Below are positions 42,129 to 55,556 of a stretch of DNA of 64,000 bases, one piece after another. The position numbers and the translations under genes are program-made. The stretch is from Cyanophora paradoxa CCMP329 (lineage: Eukaryota; Plantae; Glaucophyta): the NCBI GenBank assembly GCA_004431415.1, contig QPMI01000246.1, forward strand, positions 51,295-115,294, written 5' to 3'. Position 1 is the stretch's first letter; each line of letters opens with the position of its first letter. The notes below the pieces were generated by a model that made no database searches, was not told where the DNA came from, and saw only the letters and a list, made by a program, of their open reading frames with translations.

Positions 42129-45100
42129 CTAAACTCTGGCGGGCTCCGGCGCGAAAGAGACGTCGATGTCGTCGTCGCCGTCCTCCTTCGCGCTCCCCGC
42201 GAAGCTCGCCGCCCGCCCGCGCGCGCCGGCCGCGGCCGGCGTCGAAGTCGACGCCGCCGGCGCCGCTGCGGCCTGCTCCGGGAGGGGTACGCCCAGGCTC
42301 GCGGACTGGGGCCGCGACTGCGGCTGCCTCCCGAGGGCGGCCGACCCCGGGCGCAGGGCGGCCGAGGCCGGCCGGCCCTTCCGCGCGCCCTCCTGGATCG
42401 AGGGCGTGTACCCCGCGACCGCCGAGGGCGCGGGCGAGGGCGAGGGCGAGGCCGCCACGGCCGGCGCTGCGCCGGCGCCGGCACCGACAGCGACGGCGCG
42501 CCGGCCGAAGGTGGGGGCGGAGCCGGGGCGGCCGCCGAGCGGGTCGCCGACAGAGGAGGCGGAGGCTTCTGCCTCCAGCAGCTTCTCGGCGGGGGTCACG
42601 GGCCGCAGCGCGGCCGCCGTCGCGGGGCGCAGCGGCGTCGACGTCGAAGACGCAGCGACCCGAGTACCCAAGCGGCCCAGGACGGACTGCGGGCGGGCGG
42701 GCCCGCCCCCGTCCCCGTCCCGGTCCCCCACTGGACTCATCGAGCGCCGCCCGAAGAGAGGACGCCCACCAGAGTCCCCGGCAGCCGCCGCAGCCGCCGC
42801 CGCGGATCCGGGCGGCGAGCGGGCGCGCATCAGCGACGCCGCGAACCCGAAGCCGACGCCGGCGCCGGCCCCCGCGTCGCCCTCGAGCCCGGGCTCCGGG
42901 TCGGGCTCGGGCACCGGCTCGGCCGTGACCTGCGGAACAGAGGGCGCGCCTCAGTCAGGCAGGGCGCACAAACACAGACACACGCGGTTCAGAGTGCCGT
43001 GCGCTCGTAGCGTCCTATGTCCCCGCTCTTGGGGGGGGGGGATGAGGGGGGAGGGGGGGGGGGGTACCTCCGAGACGGCGGCGTCGAGGGCGGCCAGCAG
43101 CGCCTGCACGCTCGCCTGCCGCACCATCAAAGTCAGACGCGCGCGCCGTGAAGCCAGCTGGGGCAGGCAGGCGCGGGCTCGCTCCTCTGGGGGCGAGCGT
43201 TCAGCTATAGCTAGGGACCAAACGTTAAGGTTCAGGCGCGGAAGGTTTTATTTAAGGGCGGTATGCTGGGGCCGTGAAGACGCGCGCGCCGTGAAGCTGG
43301 GGCCCCCGAGACGAAGAAGAAGCTTAAAGAAGCTCAAGGACGCCTTTAAAGAGCTCTTAAGAAGCTTAAAGAAGCTTAATGAGGCCTATAGAAGCTAAAG
43401 GAAGCTCTTAAGTCAGGCGCCGCGAGACCAGGGCAGGCGGGCGCGGGCTCGCCCCTCTGGGGGCGAGCGTTCGGCTCTAGCTAGGGACCCAAAGTTTAGA
43501 GCTCGGGCGCGGAAGGTTTAGTTGAAGGGCGGGATCGAGCGGCCACGGAGAGCGTTCAGCCGGGGGCCCAACGTCTAAGGCTCGGGCGCGTCTTAGGCTC
43601 ACCGGCGCAGCAGCAGCGGCCTCGGCCTTCGCTGGCCCTTCCTTCGGGGCATCCTCTGCGGCCTTCGCCGCCGCCTCCGCTGCCGCCGCCTCCTCCCGCG
43701 CCCGCGCCTCCGCCAGCGCCGCCTCGGCCGCTGCCTCCGCCTCCATTTCGGCGTCCCGCTCCTGAAGGCGACTCTTCATTAGAAACACCGCAGATCAATG
43801 AGAGAATCGAGATAGGAAATCGAAAACCTTGCGGATCGTCTGCCGGATCGACTGCCGGAGCATGCCCCGCACCGCCTGCGACGAACCGATTTTAGAAAAG
43901 GGGCGAGCCGCTTATTACAACAAATTAAACAGCGCGGCCGACGCGAATTTCACGCGCCTCCTTCGTACGGCCTCGCGCCTCGGAGCCGCCGCCCTTCCCG
44001 AAGTCGTCGGCGCGCCGCCCCGTCGAGCGCTTGGCGAACCCCTTGCCCTTGGCCGAGCCCTTGAAGGTCCCGTTCGCGCTGGACCGGACCCACGAGGAGG
44101 CGATCGCGGCGAAGCCCCCCGGGCGCCGCGGGCGCGCGCCGCGGAGGCCGATCCGCGGCTCGGACCGAGCGACGGCGTCGCGGAGCGTGCGCCACAGCTG
44201 CTGCGGCGTCGGGCGCGGCTGCTGCTTCTTCTTCGTGAACGACTCGCCCGACTCGACGAGCTGGCCCAGCGACAGCTTGAACGACGCGGTCGAGGCGGGC
44301 CTCGGCGCGGCCGCGCCGGCGGCGCGCCCCGCCGGCTTCTCCTCCTCTTTGGACTTCGTCGTCGCCGCCGTCGCCGTCGCGCCGCCTTGTCCTCCTTCTC
44401 CGCCTTCGTCTTCGTTGGCGTCGAAGCCCTTGGCGGAGCCAGAAGCGGACTTGCCGTCCTGAACGCAGCGCAGCGCAGCGCGTGCGTCAGCAGCGCGAAG
44501 AAGAGCTTGGGACTACAAGAAGCCTGCTAGCCTGCTAGAAGAAGAACCGAGAAGAAAGAACCCGAGTAATAATAATACAATGAGAACCTAGAGACTAATT
44601 GCGGCAAAAGCTTAAGGCTGCGAATTCGAACCTTGACGGAGCCAGAGGCGGACTTGGCGTCCTGAAGGCAACAACGCAACGCGTCAGCAGCACCAAGCTT
44701 AAGAAGAGCAGCGCGAGATCTCGAGATCTAGAGATCTAGATCGATCGAGGCTCAGCACAAGGACCAAGAAGAAAGATCCCAGGTAATACTATAATTAGAA
44801 CCTGGAGATCAACTGCGGCAAAAGGCTGCGAATTCGAACCTTGACTTCGATGGAGCCAGAGGCGCCGGACCTCGCCTCCTTTCGCGCCCGAAGGCTCGCC
44901 AGCATCGCCGCGAAGCGGTCGCCCCCGGCCTCGGGCGAGGCGGACGTCGACGGAGCGGCCGCCGGGGCGGATGGAGCGGACGGCTGGGAAAGTGGGAAAG
45001 CGGACGGTGGGCCGGCCATGTCCAGCGTCTCGACGTCGCTGACTTCGGGCGACGCCGCCGCCGGCACCGGCAATGCCCGCCTCGGCGCTGCCGCCGCTCC

Positions 45101-48100
45101 CGCCGCCACGGGCCTCGAATTCGAATCGCCTTTGGCGGCGCCGCCGCCGGCGTCGCCGTCGCTGGGGTCGCCGCCACCGCCGTCGCCAAAGAATGCGATG
45201 CGCCGCCCGCTCTTGGCCGACTTGCCGCTGACGTTTCGCGACGCGCCGGCGCCGTCCTCCCCGCCCCAGCCGGCGGCGGCGCCGGCGGCAGCGCCGTCTT
45301 CGGCCGACGCCTTTTTGAAGCGATCCCACACGGCGCCTTCTCCTCCGCCGCCGCCGCCGCCTCCGTTCACGTTGACGGCCCGCTTCCTCAGCGACGGAGC
45401 CGACGGGTGCAGCGCCGCCGCCGGCGCGACGCCGGCCCCGAACGAGCCCGACTTGCTCCGCTCCGCATCGCGCAGCGTCCGCCGCCAGTCCCCGTCGAGC
45501 GCGTCCGCCGTCTGCGCCCACGAGTCAGGAAGGGAGCCCAGCCTTTCTTTGCTTTAAGCAACGCCGCTTGCAATTGGGCATTCTAAACAGGAGGAGCGTC
45601 GCGAGCAGCGCGCCTTCTCGGACAGGATCAGCTTGCGCTCGATGTTGTCGACGCGGATGTCCATTGTCGAGTACGCCGTCAGCTGCGGGCCGCGGCGCGG
45701 AGGGACGACGAGGAGCGCGTCAGCGAGGCCGCGGCGCGAAAGAAGCAGGCCTAGGCTCTCATCGCGGTTTATCGTTATTCATGGAGCGCAGGTTACAGTT
45801 AGTTATAGTTCATTGCTGTTAACAGATATAGTTTAGAGGCCGCGTTTACAGTTTAATTATGGATATCTATTGCTTTTCACCTTGCCCATCTCGTCCTTGA
45901 TGCCTCCGAGCTCGCGCATGACGACGCCCGTGCGCTCGGCCATCTTCGGGAAGCCCATCTCGGCCACCACGTACTGGTTCGAGCCGGGGCCTGCACAGCG
46001 CGCGCGCGAAGATGGCCGCGTTATATATAGCTTGTACGCAGCGTTTATTGCCAAGATCGTATGCTAGAGATATCTGATTCTGATATGCTAGAGATATCTG
46101 GTTCGAGCCGGGGCCTGTACAGCGCGCGCGCACGCGACCGGCCGAGGCGTGAGCGACCGGCGCCGGAGCCCATCGCGCGCGCGCGCGCCAGCTCCCCGAA
46201 CTAACTACCCGAATAATTTATAGCTCACGAAGTAGACCGTCCAGCGATAGTTACCCCCTATGATTTTATTTGTCGCTAGTTCTAGTTCTAGTTTTAGTTC
46301 TCTCATTGGGACTGGGGCGGCGGAGGATGCGCGCGTGTGTGAAGGACCCGTGCACATAGATGACCGCGACTGCAAACGAACCTTGCGGGTGGAAGAGCAA
46401 GAGGATGTGGAAGATGTCCGAGAGGAGGCGCTGCAGAATCGATCAGAAACTCGAAGACAAGGGCGAGAAAGCAGGGCGACGAGGGACAGAGCTCGCGCGC
46501 CTGCACGATGATGGCCACGATGCCGACAACGATCTGGAAGACGCCGTTGACGTAGAAGAACGTAACGTGCATGCCCTGGCGACATCGAAAGTTAACTGAA
46601 GAAGATTGACGCGAGGTGATCTAAAGCAACACGAAAACCAGTGCAAGAAGCGTTGGCATCCGATTCTCACTCACTCACCCGCGCGGTTTGGAAGAGGAAG
46701 TTGGACCAGGTCGTGATGTGGTTGCCCGTGTAGATGCGTGAGAAGCGGAAGGGCGGCGGGAGGAGCTGGCGGCGACGTAAACGATCGCAAGAAGGAAGCA
46801 GCGAGGGTGGAAGATTGAACCTTGAAGCGGAAGAAAGAGGACATGTCGACGCGGTGCATGGCGCGGACGTTGGTGATGGAGAAGCCGCCGAAGGGGAAGC
46901 AGCCCGGGTTGAAGAGGAAGACCACGATGAAGCAGGACGCTGGCGGGGCGATCCCAACAACAGTAAGAAAACAAATGCGACAGCGTAGAAATAAAGCAGT
47001 GAGAAACCAGAAGCAAGATTTAAAGGTATTAATCAACGACGCGTGGTAAGGAAGCTTAAGAAATCAATCAGAAAGCCTAAGAAATTAATCAAAGCTCAAG
47101 TAAGAAGTCACCGAAGACGAAGAAGGCGGAGACGAGGCCGCCCTTGAAGGCGGCGTCGATGCCCTCCTGGATGAGGGAGAGGAACGTGAAGGCGAAGAGG
47201 AGGAACGCGTAGCGGAAGTGCGAGTCCCAGAAGGCGTCAAGCTGAGCGAGAGGAAGAGTAGTTAGTGGTGCAGAAGAGTAAGAGAGGCGAGGGCGACGAC
47301 GCACGAGGGTGTTGAGGTTCTCGTGGGTGAGGCCGAAGCCGCGCCCGGAGGGGATGTACGCCGCGTTGGACTTGAGGCCGGCGAGGAATCCCGACGCCTT
47401 CGTGATGTGGTGGAAGACCGAGTAGAAGGCGAGCGGGATGAGGGACGTCGCCGCGTACCAGACGCCGTACACGACCCCTTTCTGGGTGGAGAGCTCCAGG
47501 AAGAAGGGCGGGAGCTCGACGATGCCCATCTGGAGGAACCAGCCGAGCTGCCACGTCCACGGGAACGGGAGGAACACCGTCACAGGCGCGTTGATGGAAC
47601 GAATGGCTAGGAAGAGAGAGAGGCGGCAGATGGAGAGGGCGAAGACGGCGAGCTTGACGACGAGGCCGGCGCCAAGGAACGGTCCGATCGTCGTGTTGTA
47701 CAGGAAGGTCCGCTTGATGGGCCCGATGTTGCGGGCGTTGAGCATGTACGCGTACTCGCGCGAGAGGCCCATCTGCGCCGCGCCCTGCGAGATCTTGCTC
47801 TGGAACTTGGTCGTGGCGAGCATGGAGCAGTCGCGGGCTTTGGCGCCTTCCATGAAGTCGACCTGCACGATCCGCTGGCCGTGCAGGTTGACGTTGTAGC
47901 CCTGGAAGATGTCCTCCGACACGTAGTGCGTGTGGGAGAGGCCGCCGAACTGGCGGACGAAGTAGGCGTCGTGGAAGTCGGGGTGGCCGTAGTGGTTGCG
48001 GATGTCGAGGAAGGCGTAGCCGCGCTGCGTGAGCGTGTTGAACATGCGCTCCTGCAGGCCCGACATGATCCCCACGACGTTCCACGACTCGGTGAAGACC

Positions 48101-51100
48101 ACCTCGGGAAAGCCGATGATCTGACGCCGAGAAACGCGTCAAGAACGGCGAAAGAAGCGTCGAGATCGACGGCGTTCGGCGTCGCACCCGGCAGCGGGGG
48201 TCGTTGAAGTGCTGGAGGGCGGCGGGGGTCTTGAAGGACTCCTCGACGAACCAGTCCTGGTTCGAGTCGAGCGTCTGGATGACCTGGTCCATGCAGAACG
48301 AGAGCGTGTGGTTCTGGTTCTCTCCCTTTGGGTACATCAGCAGCACCTCCCCGGGCAGCTGCCGCGCGAGATTAAATCAGAGCCCCGTCAAAAAGCACGT
48401 TTCTAGTTAACGTTGCTTATTGTTCAATTACAACGGCGTATAAGAAGGCATTCAATTAAAAGCACCTTGAGGCGGCCGAGCTCGACGACGTCGGGGAAGG
48501 CGTCCGTGCGCTCGCGGTCCGTCGAGAAGAGCGACTTGCGCTTGCCGCCGGCCCCCGCCCGCGGCGTCCTGGGCGCCAGCGTCTCGCCCTCCTCGCCCAG
48601 GGCGCTCCGGTGCCCGATCATCACCGAGAAGACCGAGCCGCCCTGCAATCAATCAACCGACCAAACAGTTAGGAAGTGAGAAACGAAATCAATTTATGTG
48701 TTATATGTTATGTTATGTTATAGACCGAGCCGCCCTGTAACGCGTCGCGTGCAAGCCAACGAAGTCGACTAAATCTAGATCTGGGGCGCGCCTGCTTCTC
48801 GATGAAGACGCCCACAAGGCATAACGGCGTCAAAGCCACTACTAACTAACATCAAAGAAGGTTCAAGAACGGGCGGGCGCGCCTGCTTCTCGATGTAGAC
48901 GATGCGGAGGGCTGGGAACTCGGTGAGCATGAAGCAGAGGTCCTTGTACTTCTGCGCCGCCTCCTCCATCTTGTCCACGTCCACGCCTGCGGCGCAAGAA
49001 AGTGAGGCGGGCGGGGAAATTTAAAGCTCCCTAGATCTAAGCGTTAAACTTGAAAGCTGCTCGGTTTATCAATTCTTCCATGGAAATATTAATGCGGGGA
49101 CGTTCACGCTCGCTCGAGCCCGCTCGCCTTTGTCCTCGAGCTCGTCGAGCGTGCCGGACTGCTTGGCGGCCTCGAACTTGTAGTGGGACTCCTTGGCCGC
49201 CTGGAAGTTCTGGTACGCGAGGATGATCTGCAGCTTGGAGGAGACCATCGCGTCCACGTCCGCCTCGTCCCACGTCGGGTGCTGCGCCGCGCACATCTCC
49301 GCGAAGGCCTCGACGTAGGTCATCACGCCGTAGACGGTGCGCGAGACCGGCTGGTACTGCAGCGACGCCCACAGCCGGATGTGGTCCCGGATCGTGGGGG
49401 GCGTCCGCTCCCAGAGCATGATGAGGTCGCCCTGCAGGTTCGAGTCCAGCACCTCGCCGAGCTGCTTGAGCGTGCTCTTGTGGTCGGCCGTGACGGCGGT
49501 GGCGGCCTTGTCCTTCAGAAAGGCCTTCCACTCGATGGGCCGCTTGTGGATGATGTGCTCCAGGCAGGAGATGCCCGACGAGTCGAACTGGAGCAGATCC
49601 TTGGTCTGGTACATGACGAACTCCTCGCCGGCGGGTATCAGGACCGTGAGCGACTTCTGCCGCTCGAAGGGGCAGACGCGCGGCAGGTCCATCCGCAGGC
49701 CCGAGAGGTACGAGCAGATGCGGCGGACGGCCTCGCCGCTGGCCGGCCCGTCCTCGGGCAGCTCGTCCACTGCCAGTCCCTTCCGGTTGTACCAAGGCTT
49801 GAGCCGCAGCGACTCCCGCTCCGTGATGAGCGTCCGCTGCCTCAGATTCTCGACGAACAGCTCCCACGACTGCGGCGGGATCGATTTCGACGTCGACATC
49901 GTGTAAGAGAACAACGGGATGGAGGCGGGAGGCGGCGCGGCGCACCCTGCGCCAGAAGAGCTCCTTGTCGCGGTCCAGCATGACGACGCGCTCGGGGCGC
50001 CCCGTCATCGGGTTCTTCTCCCACCGGTACACGGGGCAGATCCGGTCCTTGAACCTGCGCGCGCACGGCCAGTGAGCAACGCGACGGCAGAGCTTTGGAG
50101 CCGCCCCTAGTGGCGAATGTAAAACGTATACGTATAGTTACAATAGTGTATCATAATTATAATGCTAATAATATTCTGATGGAGTTAACAGGAGTTAACG
50201 ATGCTGATAGAGTAACCACCAATCTCGGCCGCTCCGGTCCGGTACGCATCTATGATGTTTCTCGGCGCGCGCACCGGATCTCGGCGAGGAGGAAAAGGCG
50301 GCGAAGCTTTAAAGCCGCTCCGGTCCGCATTAAATATTAATATAGCTTAGAAGCTTTAGGATTTCAGGCAAGCTTTAATAATAAGAGCGCACCGGATCTT
50401 GGCGAGGAGGAAGTGGCGGCGGGCGTCGTCCCACGAGGTCAGGGACGAGTAGCCCTCGACGACGCCGTAGAGCCACGAGCCGACGTTGATCACGAAGTTG
50501 TAGACGGCCATCGAGGAGACCGTGAAGCGTATCACCTCGGGCGTCCACACGCTGCGGTCGAGATCGAGATCGGGATCGCGTGAGAAGAACGCGGAGGCGC
50601 GCACAGGCGAACGCAACTAAACTGTGAATATATTTTAGAGCGTATGGTATATACGAGAATTCGCCGAAAGAAAGATCAAGCAAACAAACGACGGACAACG
50701 CGAAGAAGGCGCCGAGGAGGGCGGCCGCCGACGCGTTCTTGCCGTTGACCTCCGCGCAGAGCCCGTCGAAGCGCGCGAGGATCGTCGCCAGCGCGTCCGC
50801 GTCCTTGGCGAGGTTCGCCGCCGCCGCCTGGCGAGGCCGGGAGGTGAGACGGACAGATGGAGGGGGAGTAGATAGCTATAGATAGGCGGGACCAGAGAAC
50901 TGCTCTGTCTCTTACGGTTCGGCTTCTCGGATTGAGATATATATTGTTCCCTTTCATTATTTTATATTGCGCGCACCTCCGTACAAACGAAGTAGAGGGT
51001 CTGGAGCTGCGAGGGGACCAGGCTGCTGTCGACGGCGTCCGAGCCCGGCGGCCGCTCCTCGATGAACGACTGCAAGGGCCAGCCATTCAGATTTTAAAAA

Positions 51101-54100
51101 TGACATTTAGATCTACAAAACCTCGTGTCAAATCTAATCAAATCGGAGGACCTTGACGGTGGGGTTGTTGAGGACATCGGGGCAGAGGTCGGGGAGGAAT
51201 CGCTCCCGCGTCTCGTAGGGGAAGACGCACGCCACCTGGAACGTCGTCGACGTCTGCGCGGGCGGGCGAGAGACTCTCAGCGTTCGGACGGCCGCGGGAG
51301 GAAGAAGAAGCGGGCGAGGCACTACACGGCCAGGCTCACTCATGATCAGGCAAGGACGGCTTAGCTTAGCTTAGCTGTTGGATCTCGTTGTTGAGAGAAT
51401 GTTAGACGGGAATCGAAGCCGAAGGAAAACTAACTACGCGGCTCCATGGAAACTTAAAGCGGCATCCGGACCTTGAGGCGGTCGAAGATGAGGTACTGGT
51501 CCATGACGACCGTCGTGAACGTCGCCGCCGCCCACGCCACCTGCGCCCCAGGCCCGAGCCGGGCAGCCTTCAGCGCGAGTCGCGCTTGGACGTCGAAATC
51601 GACGCCGCGGGCGGCGCTGGTTGGATGCGGGCGGCGGCGCACGGCGCGGACGAAGGAGCGGCGGGCCGCCTCAAGGTCCAGCGACCGGATCTGCGGAGAA
51701 CGCTCTCGGCTTCAGCTCTGGGCGGACGCGGCCACGGGCCCCGACCAGGGATTTAAGCGAGTAAACGCGCGTAGAGGGATAGCTAAGAGAGATAGCTAAC
51801 GTGGCTAGGGTGTGGCGGCAGAGTTGAGGCTAGGCTGTGCCCGGGCCGGCACGCGCGGCTTGCTTGCACTGGGTGTCCTACATCACCTCTAACCGTCCCG
51901 TCCCGGGCGGCCGGCGCACCTTGGAATCCATGCGGAGGATCGTGTACTTGAAGCGGCTCATGCGGGGCGCGAAGGCCAGCCACCCGACGCACTGGCAAGC
52001 CGCAAGTGAGTTCGGAGATGATCGCGAGCAACAACAACAACAACAACGAGATTCATGTCTAGATCTACGGCTTTAAATGCCCAACCTTACTAAGGAGCTC
52101 TAATATTGGAGCTCTTATTATTCAGAGATCCGTATTTCCGTATTAGAGCTCTAAGGCCGGACCTTGAAAAAGAGGCAGGCGGCCTGGACGGCGCCCAGGA
52201 TGAACCAGTCGAGCCGGAACGTGTAGATCACGTGCAGCGTGAACGTGATGATCCCTGGCGTACGAAAGACGACGTCGGATTTCAGTCCAGTGCGAAAGCT
52301 TCGCGTGCAACTCAAGGAATGCACCGTTGTGTAGGCACGGGAAGACGTTGTAGAGGATGGACCAGAGGCCGGGGATGAACCACCGGTTGCGGGACCGCTC
52401 GCCGAAGGTCTTGAGGCCGATCAGCGGGTGGACGCCCTGAAAAGAGACGAAGGAAAAGAAGAAGCGCGTCAGCGGGGCGGAAGCTTAGACGGGGAGAGCC
52501 AGCGGCGCGCACCTTCTTTGCCAGCTTCGGGTTGCGCCTCCTGGCCTCCTCCGCGATCTCCGAGAGGCGCTTCCAGGCGTGCGGGGCGCACTGGCCGTCG
52601 CCGCCCCACACGATCTCCGGGCACATGTACAGGTCCTGCAGGTCTGAACATAGCAAGCCCCAGTAAGATCTCTTAGTCAGCCTACGTGGTTTAAATTTGC
52701 TCACCAGCGTAAGTGACGTAGTCCTGCTGGGAGGCCTTCGCCTCGCGGAGCCGCTTCGACTCGAGGAAGTTCGTGTGCCAGAAGGCCACCTGCGAACGAA
52801 CGGAAATTTAGAGAACGGTATGATGAATGTTATCGTAATCCGGTGCTGACCTCCTGGGCCACGTAGCTGCCCGCCGTCAGTGCCGCCTTCAGGTTGGACA
52901 TGATCTGTTTGACGTCGACATTAGAAGACGGATTTATGTTTGCTCGAGGGCGGCCGCGGGCGCGCCTTCTCGGTCCGGGAGGTCATGGCCCCCCGGGAGG
53001 TCAGGGCCCCCAGCGTCGCCCGCTTGGACCGCATCGTCCGCGCCGTCATCGCGCCCCCGCCGCCGCCGCCGCCGCCGCCCCCGCCGCCGCCGCCGCCCCG
53101 GTGCGTGATCGCGCCGCCCATGCCCATGTCCATGACCTGCTCGCCCCACGCGCCCGGGTCCTCCCGCAGCAGCTGCGAGCGAACGAAGCAAGACCCGTAA
53201 GAAGCGAGCGGAACGGAGGGACGGCGGGGCGGAGGGGCGGCGGGGCCCGGCTCGCCTTGTGGCAGGTGTGGAACCAGTACGCGAGGACGGAGGACATGCG
53301 GAAGTTGGCGGCGGCGATGTAGATGAGCTCGTAGAGGTAGAGCTCGATGGAGACCTGGAAGAGCCCGCACATGCAGCTCCCGTCCACGCAGTCTGCGCCG
53401 GAAGTCACGGTCACGGCCGCGTGGCGCAAAGCGAGGCCCGAGCTCGAGACGGCGCGAGCGCACGGTTGATCTTGACGACCGTGTGGTCCTCCTCGGTGCA
53501 GACGTAGCAGGGCGGGACCTTCCTTGTGTTCTTGTACCACCGCTCGACGGCGCCGAGGACGGCGGAGACGACGAAGTTGTACGCGTACGAGAAGGCGCTC
53601 ATGCAGACGAAGTCGAGGAGGGCGACCAGGGCGACGAGGAGGCGGCCGAGGGCGCCCCGGCGCTGCCACTGGAGCATCAGGTCGCGCCAGATCGTCGCCG
53701 CCTCGAAGGTGCGCTCGTAGTGGTCGAAGACCGCGCAGAGCGGGTCCATGTCTGCGGGCGCGTCGGCGCGGTCCGGCCGGGGAGGGCGGGGCGGGGCGGG
53801 GCGGGGCGGGCGGGGCGCACGCTCGGCGCGGGCGGCAATGGCGTCCCGCACGCCCTTCATGACCCGCTGCCGCGCGAGGAAGACCTGGTCGTGCGCGAAT
53901 CCTGCGGGGGGGCGCCCGGCCTCAGCGCCGCCGGCGGGAGGGAAAAGGGGCCCGGCGGGACTCGAACCCAGGTCTCCGACGGCCTCCACGTACGCGGCGA
54001 CCTCCTCCGTGATCCCGTCCTCCGATACGATACCCGGCGAGACGCTCGACCGCCTGGCGGGGGTACGGCGATCAGCGTCGGGGGGGGGGGGTACGGGGAG

Positions 54101-55291
54101 CGAGGGGGGTACACCTGTTGTGGATGGCGTCCTGCGCCTGCTGCGTGGTCTTCGCGAGGGGTAGGCGCTCGTGCAGCGGCTCGTAGCGGCCCCGGATCGG
54201 CATACCCGGCTCCGGGTCTTGGAGGGGGGAGGGAAGGCGTCAGGGGTACGCGGCTTCGGCGCGGGGGTAGGCCCACCGAGGTCCTCGGGGTCGATCTCCT
54301 GCTCCTCGGGGCGGGGGGTACTCTGCTCCGACTCTTCGTCGCTGTCCCCCTCCTCGGGCTCGCCCCTCCCCCTGTCCTCCTCTGCCGCACCCGCGTCGGG
54401 CGAGGGGGCGGGGCGGGAGAGCGGAGGGGCCGGCGCACCGATCGCGATGGAGACGTGCCCAGCCTCCGCCCCGCCCCCCCCCGCCGCCGCCGCCCGCTGC
54501 TTGCGCACGTACCCCTCCACGTGGTACCCTGCGCCCGCCCGCCCGTGAGCGCCCTTCGGGAGGGGCGCCGGCGGCGCCGGCGCGGGGCGGGCGGCCGGGC
54601 GCGCCGTCGCCGTAGAAGTTCTGCGCGAGCCGCTCGATGTCCTCGCCGCCTGCAGCCCTGCGCCGCGTCACGCGGCGCGGCGCCCCGCGGCGGGCGCACC
54701 GCGCCGCGCACCGAGTGCAGCGCCTCTGTGACGCGGCGGACGGTCTTCGGGGTCACGGGCGGGAGCGCCGGGTCGCCCTGCGCGGCGCCCCGCGACGCCC
54801 GCGCCGACTTCCACGACGAGTGCGCCGAGCGGCCCTCCAGGTCCTCGAAGCCCGCCGCGCTGAACTCTGCCCCGCCCTCAGCCGCCGCCCGCGGACGCTC
54901 GAGGGGCGGCGGGCCGGGCGGCGGGCACCGGAGGGGGCGTACTGGCGCCACTGCTGCACGCGGCCCTGCCTCACCTCCTCCTCTGCGGGCGGGAACGGGC
55001 CTCAGCTGCGCAGCGCGGCTGCGGGCCTCGGCCGAGCGGGCGGAAGGCGGCACCGTCGTCGTGCAGGAAGTCGGCCGAGGCGGCGACCCGGAAGAACAAG
55101 GCTGCGTCCTGCGGCGCCGGCGTGGCCACGTCTTCCGGGCGGCCTGGCGTCGGCGTCGCGCTGGTCGCCGAGGTGCCATCGACCTGAATTGTCACGGGCG
55201 CGTGTCCGCCCCCGAGGGGCTCCAGCAGCCCGTGCCGCTGCCGATCTGCTGCTTGTTGTGGCGCGCTTGCGCCCGCGCGGCCCGCCCTCAT
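42129..55291 (-). CDS. 1,3-beta-glucan (callose/FKS-type, GT48) synthase with long low-complexity N- and C-terminal extensions
   Basis: IRLWASLQYQPVSRTVYGVMTY; KLQIILAYQ; FPALRIVYIE; PKGENQNHTLSF; IQTLDSNQDWFVEESFK; QERMFNTLTQR; HYGHPDF; VSEDIFQG; KISQGAAQMGLSREY; YIPSGRGF. Multiple TM exons lie on both sides. The tail was traced in frame to DIDVSFAPEPARV* (42129). Start ATG 55291 inferred. Confidence 0.93.
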
Positions 55292-55556
55292 CTCCCGCGC
55301 TCGGAGCCTCAAAGCAAGCGCAGCTGGACCTTTGGTGTGGCAAGGGTGCGGGGCTGTGAGCGGCTGCCTACGCAAGCCGAGCGCGCCCTCGCTGCTCGCC
55401 CGGCATCCTGCTCGGAGGCGCTGGATCTCGGTTGAGCGTACCCCCTTCGAAGTCGCTTGGACTCGCTTCGGCCGCGCCTTCGCTGCAGACCGCACGCACG
55501 GCGGCTTAGATCAGTTCGTTTGCAAGCAGGGACCGTGATCTGGCAGCGGTAGAGCG

